DNA of 55,878 nt, filler included, from Asterionella formosa (taxonomy: Eukaryota): the NCBI GenBank assembly GCA_002256025.1. It is 4 parts of 4 records of this genome, joined end to end, with 100 filler letters (N's around TTAATTAATTAA, not from the genome) between each part and the next. Parts side by side here need not be neighbours in the genome. Positions count along the whole stretch, not along the records: positions 41,995 to 55,878 come from NKIB01006339.1; 3 more parts are not named here. The stretch is one strand, 5' to 3'. Positions 47,514-55,878 of the stretch are shown here, in pieces. The notes below the pieces were generated by a model that was not told where the DNA came from, did not search any database, and saw only the letters and a program-made list of their open reading frames with translations. Each line of letters begins with the position of its first letter. Position 1 is the first letter of the stretch. The translations under genes were made by a program, and so were the position numbers.

Positions 47514-49103
47514 TTAAGCTTGTGGTGCTTTCGTGTTGGCAGCCTTTTGAAGCAATCTAGTCTTCTTTTGCCCCATTTGCCGTTGCTTCCACGCCTGCTT
47601 CTTGGCAGCTTTCTTGACCATCACAACCTTGTCATTACCTGACTTTTTTGGGGCTAGTTTTGCTTCGGGTTCCTCCTTTAGAACAATGGTGGTCGTTTTT
47701 CTTCGCTTAGATATAACTGGATCATTTTCCCATGTTGACACGGGTGGTTGAACTTTCGGTATAGCCTTTGTCATATCAGTCTCTATTCGAGCAAAGTGAC
47801 CACTATAAAATTCCAATCCCCCCATGGCAGTCACCATTGATGCCGGCTCTAAAGGAGTAGGATTAGGTTTCGTTCCACTTCGCTCAAAATAAGCAACAAA
47901 GAATCCGTTTGTGTCATCATCCAGATCTGCTCGAATCAAACAGGCAACTTGCTCGGGAGTTAATCCATCCACAGGATGCCCCCGTCGTTCCCATTTCTGT
48001 AGAGCCAGGGGTGCCACAAGGTTCCAGTCATCCCTATATTGCTCCAAAGCTTGACGAACTACATGTTCATTTTCTGATTCATGTATGCTGCACGTCGAGT
48101 AAACTAAATTCGTTACATTCGGAAATGACATGGCATGTTTCAACGCTGTAACTTGAAAATTGGATAGAGTTTGTATGCGTTGATCGTCTTGCGTTTGATG
48201 ATGACGAGTATACATGCCAGAACCAGAACACGATGGATCTAATAAAATTCCTTTCACCGTTGGATAGTCCTTGGGATTTGTTGTTAAGAAATCAATTAAC
48301 TTGGCTTCCATCATTGGCTGTTTGGTATTATTTGGCAGCAGTGGTGTAATTCGTTGGACCATCATTTCTAAACGTTGCTTGTTGCGATCCATTGCAATGA
48401 CCATGTGTTGTTTCTTCCTCGTAGTAGTCGTGTTCAACAACATGCACAAATGGGATGTTTTGTTTCCTGGTGCAGCACAAGCATCGATACAATCACCATT
48501 TACGTGTGCCAAACATAATGCCGAAAAGCACGACGACTTGTCTTGAAGGACCACCTGACCCAATGCAACCAATTCTTGTAAAATAGTCTTTGGTGGTAAC
48601 ACGAGCAAATTAGGAACCGTTGGATCTAAATAGATTTGTGCAGTTGTTGGACAATTCTTCTTGATCCATTCAACGACATGTTGTACGGTCGTTTGTAAGG
48701 TATTGACTCGAACGTAACGTGGGAATACAATTGCCATGGCTGTATCATTACCATCCGACCCTATGCCAACAAGTTGTTTTGCCATGGCAGCTTGCAATAA
48801 ATCATTTTGTTCATATAATTGTCGGCGCAACGCCCCACCTCCACGAATCTTCTTATTTGGACCTAATAGTAATTCATACAACAAAATGTATAACAATCCT
48901 TGATTGTGACATTGAATCGAAACTTCTTTCAAGACAGCATCCAAATGATGTTTGTGTTCCAGAACATGACACACTTGAGCATACGTAGATTTTTGAATAA
49001 TCAAGTTTCCTTTTTTATCGTAGGCCAATGCTTTCAACGATTTTTTACTTTCCCAAATGGTTCCCAATAACCGCGCCGCCTGAGCGTATGGCGAGGATGA
49101 CAT
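47514..49103 (-). CDS. NSUN5: 25S/28S rRNA cytosine-C5 methyltransferase (NSUN5/Rcm1)
   Basis: PRYVRVNT, LQDKSSC, IDACAAPGNKTSH, ILLDPSCSGSG, LVYSTCS..ENE, TNGFFVA; Lys-rich tail. Confidence 0.92.
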   Translation of the reverse strand: MSSSPYAQAARLLGTIWESKKSLKALAYDKKGNLIIQKSTYAQVCHVLEHKHHLDAVLKEVSIQCHNQGLLYILLYELLLGPNKKIRGGGALRRQLYEQNDLLQAAMAKQLVGIGSDGNDTAMAIVFPRYVRVNTLQTTVQHVVEWIKKNCPTTAQIYLDPTVPNLLVLPPKTILQELVALGQVVLQDKSSCFSALCLAHVNGDCIDACAAPGNKTSHLCMLLNTTTTRKKQHMVIAMDRNKQRLEMMVQRITPLLPNNTKQPMMEAKLIDFLTTNPKDYPTVKGILLDPSCSGSGMYTRHHQTQDDQRIQTLSNFQVTALKHAMSFPNVTNLVYSTCSIHESENEHVVRQALEQYRDDWNLVAPLALQKWERRGHPVDGLTPEQVACLIRADLDDDTNGFFVAYFERSGTKPNPTPLEPASMVTAMGGLEFYSGHFARIETDMTKAIPKVQPPVSTWENDPVISKRRKTTTIVLKEEPEAKLAPKKSGNDKVVMVKKAAKKQAWKQRQMGQKKTRLLQKAANTKAPQA

Positions 49104-49966
49104 GATGTTGGTTGGGTGTGAACGAAAGAATGAACCGCTCGCTTATTGCTTACAAGTAAGAAGTATGCGGTATGTGACCATTAAATCTGAAGGAAGCAAG
49201 CGGGAAGCCAAGTAATTGCAGACATGAGGAGTTTTATATATAATTATGAAAAGGAGGAGGAATATTATTGTATGAAGCGTTCTGCCTTGTGGAGGAACGC
49301 AGTTTTCAATTATGAAAAATAGAACCATGCCACAATTCAGAATGGGTGATGATGAAACATACCAAATGGGTGACAACCAGGATCATAATTACGGTATCAG
49401 TGAGGATCTATGGACAGACGGTAATCATGTCTCTGCCTCTCATTTGCTCGGTATCATTCATTAAAAATACTCACACTGGTATGTAGTACCTCGTACACTT
49501 ACTCTATTAGGAATTATTCTCTACTTATGAGCATATAAATATCTATGTATAAATATGTTTTGTCGCCACTCGCTCATCTCACGCTCTCTGTACCGAATGA
49601 ATACTGAGTTCTGGGCACCAGGGTACCATTACGTATGAACATAACTGTAGCACTACATAAATTATTTATGATCGACTACCTTTTGACATGTATTGGACTA
49701 CGGGTACCAGGTACCCGGTACCGTCGTTTGTTCATGTCGGCATCCAGCCATGGCTGTGTTTGTTGTTTATTCATTCATCATGCATATATTTACCGGTAGT
49801 CTACCGGTATGTCCCTTGAATGATGTGTACCAGTACCTGATATCATGGACAGATGTACAGCACCGGTACCAGGTCGGGGAGTTTCTATATATTTACCGGT
49901 AGTGTATGAGCCAAAAGGCAAGAAGTCAATAAATGAAATTTGTTTGCAACCAATAATAAATCCAGC

Positions 49967-51253
49967 ATGTCCTCCTTGACACTCCTTCGATCCACCTTGC
50001 GGACGAGCCGTTCCTTCTCTTATTTCTCCACACTTCCCACTCGACACTCTCGTCATTTACCTCCACGCATTTGTTTAGATGCTGTCGAGTTGGCCGAAGA
50101 AACACAAAAGCTGTTGACTGCCAAACCTGGGACTCTCTTTTCATTTCAAGGACATGAAGAGCTGCACCTTCACGAATCAGAAAATGCTTGGCGATTGTGT
50201 GATGAGATATCTCAACGATTTGATTATTTATTGAAGGGATATTCGAGTCAAGTGGATGGAACCATTATGAATCGCATGTACAATACTGCTGCTGCTGCCA
50301 CCACCAACTCGGATCCTGCACAAGCCATTGCCAACATGGCCGAGCTTCTGAACAGAATTGACGAAGAAGGACAAACCTACATGCAACTGCGTCAACAAAT
50401 GTTTATACAAGTGATGCAAGAAGAAATGAGGAAACAAGAAAACGGAGACGATGACGAGAATAGTGATTTTATGGAACAAATCAATCGGGAGGTTCGCAGC
50501 CAAATGGGTGTACCATCTGAAAGGAATGGTGACCATGGCGATAATAGTCATGCATCACATACGGACAATGACGATGAAGATGGATCCGACTACGACTTTG
50601 GTGACAAAAATCTCTCCTCCTTTGCCTATCCTGGTCCTACCATTAGCATGTTTGACACGTTTCTTGACACACTTGCTGTTCATCCCACTGCAGCAACTCC
50701 AGATCGAGTTTTGAATGTCTTTAAGTCTCTCATTCAACGTTTCGATGAAGATGGCGGGACAACTAACAACACCAACATCCATACGACTCCAACGGCCTTG
50801 TCCTTTAATGGTGTCTTGCGCGCTTGTGCCAATACCCCAAACACTTCTGATGCAACACGAGATGCTGCTTTGTTTGCATCATTTTCTGTGTACGATGCCT
50901 TTGGAGAGTATTTGCAACCACGGAATGCAGCAACCTTTGCCTACATGATTCAAGTTGTCACCAATTTTATCCCACCCTCCTTGACACGCGGCAACATAGG
51001 ATTGGCATTGTACAAGGCTGCATGTGAAGAACGAGTGTTGGATGATATTGTGGTGGATGCCATGCGGAATCTGCATGCGGTAAGTAATGGTCAAGTCCAC
51101 GATGAGTGGTTTGAGAAGAATTTGAAAAACAAAGTAGTGATGGGACCAGTAGTAAAGCAAGCGACGGAACCTTTCACAAAGGAGCTGTTGCCTAAGGAAG
51201 ATCGAAAGTACTCCAAGAAGTTGAGGTATCGCTCGGAGGAGAGTATTTATTAA
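49967..51253 (+). CDS. Mitochondria-targeted protein with degenerate PPR-like helices
   Basis: Presequence MSSLTLLRSTLRTSRSFS; PTALSFNGVLRACA and RNAATFAYMIQV motifs; acidic central loop. Confidence 0.7.
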   Translation: MSSLTLLRSTLRTSRSFSYFSTLPTRHSRHLPPRICLDAVELAEETQKLLTAKPGTLFSFQGHEELHLHESENAWRLCDEISQRFDYLLKGYSSQVDGTIMNRMYNTAAAATTNSDPAQAIANMAELLNRIDEEGQTYMQLRQQMFIQVMQEEMRKQENGDDDENSDFMEQINREVRSQMGVPSERNGDHGDNSHASHTDNDDEDGSDYDFGDKNLSSFAYPGPTISMFDTFLDTLAVHPTAATPDRVLNVFKSLIQRFDEDGGTTNNTNIHTTPTALSFNGVLRACANTPNTSDATRDAALFASFSVYDAFGEYLQPRNAATFAYMIQVVTNFIPPSLTRGNIGLALYKAACEERVLDDIVVDAMRNLHAVSNGQVHDEWFEKNLKNKVVMGPVVKQATEPFTKELLPKEDRKYSKKLRYRSEESIY

Positions 51254-51475
51254 TGGCCCTTTGCGTTCATCTCTCGCTTTTATTAAAATATAGATGTGGG
51301 TGGTGCATCATGTTTGGGATGGAAGCGTAATGTATCTGAATCCCTACTACTAATAACAAGCAAATTCTATCAACTTGTCATTTTGCTAATGAGAGAAGGA
51401 AGCAAACGGCAACCTCGGGCCCATCGATACTATCTTTTTTTGAATGAGTTCACTAGAATCATTGGTTATTGTACA

Positions 51476-52828
51476 TTATGGCATTTTGCTCTCCCCAATT
51501 CGTTCGTCATAAGCCAATTTTGGTTCCGCCAATATGCCGAGGTCAAAATCATTCATTATTCCCTTCAGCCTTTCTTTTTCCTCTGTCCTACAAAAGGCAG
51601 CATCGATACTATCCCGAATGGTTTGTACAAGATCCCTACGAGACAATCCTATTTTCGCTAGGGCAATTCGATATTGCCATGATAGTGACGTATCAAAGAC
51701 AGCAGGATCGTCAGAACTAAAACCAACGAGCAAATTGTTTTCCAACATGGTCGTCGATGGATGTTTCTTCCAAACTTTTTTGTGCGGAATCACCTTCCAT
51801 CCCCCAGTTTCGACGGAGGACGAGGGGCAGACTTCAATATGAATCTTTTGCTCCCTCATTGTTCTCATGAGCTCTGCATCTTCAACCACATGATAGCCAT
51901 GTCCAATTCGTACGGCCCCATACTCTTGAATGGCAGTCCATATATTTTTTGTGACTCCTACTTCACCTGCATGCATGGTAATATGCAGACCCACCTCATT
52001 GGCTTTCTTCATAGCCATGGCATGACTCAACTCTCTCTGATCAAAGTGCTCCTCCCCTGCCGCAATGTCAATCCCAACCACGGCACAGGGATAATCCAAC
52101 TTTTTTTCTTGACAAAGGCTCACCACATCCATGGCCCAATCAGGCCTCCAACAAATGCAGCATAATATTTGATTGATAGTAATACCGAATTCCAAACATC
52201 CACGTCGCAATCCCGCCGTGATAGCATCAATAACTGGACGAGGATCTACCACCTGATTGCTTGTTTTTAGCAAGGACGCCCCTGTGGCCAGTAAATGTGG
52301 ACTGTACCGAACTTCTGTGTAAACAACATTCTGTGCAGCTTGTCGTTTGGTAAAGTCATATGCCATGGCCTCTAATAAGGAAAGATTGCCTCTGACCAAG
52401 GGGGTAAAGAATTGAAAGGCTTCAATCATGGCTTGTAAACTCGCTTTCCCACGGCATGTGCAAAGGGAATGAAAGCCAAGTGGCGTGGAACAGGCTTGTA
52501 CTTTTGAACGAATGACAAAAGAATCGTTCCATGGTAAAGCAGTCGTTACTGGGAGACAGGTGTAGTAGTCAGCGCTCTGCTGCTGAAGATGGTCAAACAA
52601 TAAGACCGGGTCCATAGCTCCGTCCAAATGAACATGAAGCTCTACTTTCGGCAAGGAGCGGACGAAGGATTCATCTGAGTTAGTGTAGTTGTATTTTTGT
52701 TTCAAATGCTCTAAAATGTCAGGATTGATGGACGTGTGTTCTTCAATGGACGAGGACTGCTTGATGGAACGACGCCGTTCTCCCAGTTTTGTGTCAGCTT
52801 CGTTGATGACATTTGTGGTATTCGTCAT
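51476..52828 (-). CDS. ADA: Adenosine deaminase
   Basis: LPKVELHVHLDG, YTEVRYSPH, VVGIDIAAGE, TMHAGE, RIGHGY, EVCPSS, SSDDP; first ATG at 52828. Confidence 0.93.
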   Translation of the reverse strand: MTNTTNVINEADTKLGERRRSIKQSSSIEEHTSINPDILEHLKQKYNYTNSDESFVRSLPKVELHVHLDGAMDPVLLFDHLQQQSADYYTCLPVTTALPWNDSFVIRSKVQACSTPLGFHSLCTCRGKASLQAMIEAFQFFTPLVRGNLSLLEAMAYDFTKRQAAQNVVYTEVRYSPHLLATGASLLKTSNQVVDPRPVIDAITAGLRRGCLEFGITINQILCCICWRPDWAMDVVSLCQEKKLDYPCAVVGIDIAAGEEHFDQRELSHAMAMKKANEVGLHITMHAGEVGVTKNIWTAIQEYGAVRIGHGYHVVEDAELMRTMREQKIHIEVCPSSSVETGGWKVIPHKKVWKKHPSTTMLENNLLVGFSSDDPAVFDTSLSWQYRIALAKIGLSRRDLVQTIRDSIDAAFCRTEEKERLKGIMNDFDLGILAEPKLAYDERIGESKMP

Positions 52829-53757
52829 TGAGCAGGATCGAGAGATACTGAACAAATTAATTGAAAGCAAATGCTTCGACGAAAGGATATGTAGTACCGG
52901 TAAGTAAATTAATAGTCTCGTTGTCAAAAATAATAAAATTATGTTGGTTGATTGTTGCTACATAAATATATAATATACCGGTGTAGACCGGTATGTATTA
53001 TGTCGAAGATTTGAAATCTTCAGCCCTCTCTACCAGTACATACAACAGGTATTCCTGTATATAGGTATATTTTATGTAGCAACCGGTATGCAGGTATAGT
53101 TGCATGGCTGTGTGCGTTGTTGCCGAGGTCTTTCCACTCCGTTGAAGGGAAGTCGTTTATTTCTTCCCTCCGACAGCGGATACTTTCCAACCAATCAAAT
53201 GGCGCGTTTGTGCTCTTCTAAGGCATGTATATACAGTATATCATATCATTCAGCTATCATTACAGGAGGTACCAAGGGTACCTGGTACCATCCATACCCC
53301 GATAAAGGGAGTTCATTCAGATAAAAAAATGCATACGAAATAAAACGTCAAGGTACGTTCATTGTTGTCAAATGAAGCATCCGGCCAATGGGTTTCACTG
53401 CATCTCGCTGCATGTATGCGTTGCTATCTTTCAATGGCATGTCGAGGAAATTTTCAGCGATGTGATCATTCCAGAACTCATCTATGGAAAGGCTGTGTGC
53501 AACGGCTATTCCTCCTGATGTAGCGTAGATACTTGGAATGAAGTGGACCGGTGCATATTCCCATAATTGCAACTACTTCTGTCCCACTTGGAATATCCGA
53601 CTTCTTTGACTAATATTTCGCCATCGTCGTGGTTTGTGACATTTTGCTAATTTTCAATACATAGGATCAAGCACTAAATTTTGTTGCACCTTCGTTCTAC
53701 CGGTACACTACTGGACATTTATTGTTGGCTGCTGCTATCCCATAGCATTCCCCCATC

Positions 53758-55296
53758 ATGGTGATCGCCAACAAACGGCGACCCCTACCTCGCGGAGGAG
53801 GAACCCAGAAGGTCAAGAAGAAGATGGCCAAATCCTTTGATGTCACCCTGCTCGCTCGAGGCATGTCGTCTCGGTGCATCGGAGCCCGCATTGCGTCGCA
53901 AATCACAACCCTGTCCAACGAAGAAATAGAAAAGGACTTGCGCCACATGGAAGCCTACCAAAATGCATGTACGGTATACAGTCAGCAGTACTTTATTCAT
54001 CAAAATCGAGCCTTGGTCCATTCTGGGCACTACGGACTAATCGTCCCGCCGACCCAAGCGACTGGCGAATCCTACGTTAACGGAGACTCCGTGTACAACC
54101 CCTACCGTCCCGTCATGCCTGTACGAATTGACCCAGAAGAGGAAAAGCGCGTATCATTGCTCAGAAAGAGAATCGCCAGCTCGGAAGCCCAGAGAGAAGT
54201 TTTGGAAACAGAATACATGTCACTCAGGGCACATTATGTCTTTGCCTCCCAGCGTGTCAAAAAATCTAGACAGATGGTGACTACACAACTCAAAATTTTG
54301 AAACAGCTGGTACAAGCTCGGGCACAAGTGATTGCCTTGCGACGTGTCCGTGTGGCGGTCGCCAGAGACGTGTGGTGCGCCTTGGAACGTCGGACCATGT
54401 TGTTGGACAATCGTGACCAAGCTTCGATTGCTCCCCCAGTGATGACTTCAGTCCCAAGAGGTCCAGATGTGTTGGATGTTTGGAATGAATTGGAAATTAT
54501 GATATTCAAGGCGGAAAAGTCCTGTCGGTCGTTGGAATTGGATGTTCCACCAAAGCGGGCGGCACAAAGCAAAAGTCCCACACTGAACAAGCGTAAGCGT
54601 GGCGAAACGGAGGACGAGAATGCTGCAATTCATCTTGTGGTATGGGATGGTCGTGTCATGTCTAGAACCCCAAATGGTGTTCCGATCCTGATTTCGCAAA
54701 TGTCTAAAGTTCCCGACAAGGCTGCCGGAATAGGATGTGGTCAAGTCTTTGGTAGTAAACCGCATTCCATGATCTTTTTCGAGGAAAACTTGCCAGCGAC
54801 ATATGAAGATATGGAGGAAGACCACGAAGATGTCACCCTCCTTCACGAGGAAGCCGAGAAATTGCGGAAGGAATTATTGCATGAGCGCGTGGCCAATAAG
54901 GACTTACAGAAACAGATCATTCAAAAGCGCAAGCGCAATACTGAAATGTGTGCTATGATGACCTTGCTTCGTAGTGAGACAGAAGCGGTCCTGGGACGAC
55001 ATAATATTTTGTTAGACACTCAAGAGGCTCGGCAGGCGGCATCAGATTTGCACCAAAAGGCATTCGAAGAACATGAACAGCGCTGTGAGAACGGTGTTGA
55101 CGCAGACGAAGGTGATTTGGTAGACGAAACATTGGCAGAAAGCTTCCCACAGGAGAGTGGTCTGCACGAGGAACATGACAACGATGGAGATGATGAAGGT
55201 AGTGGTGGTGAGGAAGAGGAGGAAGAAGGTGAATTGCTGGAACCTTCGCGAAACGAGTTCATTTTGGGGGAAGGCACAGACGGGAATCAATCATAA
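53758..55296 (+). CDS. Hypothetical coiled-coil protein with basic N-terminus and acidic C-terminus (possibly nuclear)
   Basis: 512 aa intronless ORF, NLS-like KRRP/KKK/KRKR, heptad-rich segments; no recognised domain. Confidence 0.75.
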   Translation: MVIANKRRPLPRGGGTQKVKKKMAKSFDVTLLARGMSSRCIGARIASQITTLSNEEIEKDLRHMEAYQNACTVYSQQYFIHQNRALVHSGHYGLIVPPTQATGESYVNGDSVYNPYRPVMPVRIDPEEEKRVSLLRKRIASSEAQREVLETEYMSLRAHYVFASQRVKKSRQMVTTQLKILKQLVQARAQVIALRRVRVAVARDVWCALERRTMLLDNRDQASIAPPVMTSVPRGPDVLDVWNELEIMIFKAEKSCRSLELDVPPKRAAQSKSPTLNKRKRGETEDENAAIHLVVWDGRVMSRTPNGVPILISQMSKVPDKAAGIGCGQVFGSKPHSMIFFEENLPATYEDMEEDHEDVTLLHEEAEKLRKELLHERVANKDLQKQIIQKRKRNTEMCAMMTLLRSETEAVLGRHNILLDTQEARQAASDLHQKAFEEHEQRCENGVDADEGDLVDETLAESFPQESGLHEEHDNDGDDEGSGGEEEEEEGELLEPSRNEFILGEGTDGNQS

Positions 55297-55878
55297 AAGG
55301 TGATAAGTGTTCATATCAAAGAAGTCCTAGGCTTCCTGTAAACTAGAGCATCATCATCTTCTTCTTCTTGTGCTGTCCATTTTTCTATTCAGTTAACGAA
55401 AAACATCCATAGCAAATCAAGCCAAATATGTACCTTTCGCACATGCAAACTTTGTTTGCATAAGATTTCTTTTCTTCTCAGCATTTCCGGCTTCCAAGAA
55501 ACAAAGTGTAGTGATCTGGGACTCCTTCTGTGATATGGCTGGTTTGCTGGCGCTTTGATGTGAACCAATGTAACTTCAATACTTCTCTAGTGAAAGTGGC
55601 CGAATAATAGTTGATACCAGAAAGATGACCAGAAGGAGGAGGCCACCACATGGAAGCAAGCATGGGAGTGATTCCATATGAAGATACTCCAGTTCCACAA
55701 TCTTTGCACTTGTTTCCATATGCTCCTGTTTTGCAATTTTGTAAACTACCAATAGTAGTAGTAGCTAGTTATACAACGTAAATATAATTCTGGTAGCTAT
55801 TACAACAATATCATTATTTCAATAGAATTTTAAGTGTACCTTGTTCATTCATAAAAATTATAGATGATTATTGCTGTG

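Noticed and set aside
51476..52828. Apparent purine gene cluster (adenosine deaminase with the PurD-PurN-PurM fusion)
   Set aside because: The genes are on different contigs separated by artificial spacers, so there is no evidence of linkage

Overview
Eukaryotic, almost certainly diatom (stramenopile) DNA. Support: a bipartite signal/transit peptide (VQS^FSP), a diatom-type TPR-like family gene, a class C GPCR, short GT-AG introns and copia/gypsy retroelements. The window is not one locus. It is four contigs of decreasing length (1-13904, 14005-27902, 28003-41894, 41995-55878) joined by an artificial N-TTAATTAATTAA-N spacer. Genes: UCH-type deubiquitinase, SDH4/CybS, a tandem pair of intron-sharing uncharacterised genes, a fused purine enzyme, a truncated class C GPCR, a divergent mitochondrial-carrier-like protein, a plastid-targeted TspO-like protein, two PPR(-like) proteins, a TPR-like protein, NSUN5/Rcm1, adenosine deaminase and hypothetical proteins. 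Mobile DNA: a decayed full-length Ty1/copia, Ty3/gypsy fragments, a pogo/Tigger relic, four copies of a TTAA-flanked GG...CC non-autonomous DNA transposon, and a 218-bp tRNA-headed SINE with an 18-bp target duplication. Most interesting: the SINE; the PurD-PurN-PurM domain order plus a missed first exon giving a ~166-aa PurE-sized N-terminal domain; the Kolobok-like MITE with a co-varying internal hairpin; and the mosaic LTR pair. All calls come from reading the sequence; no database searches were run.
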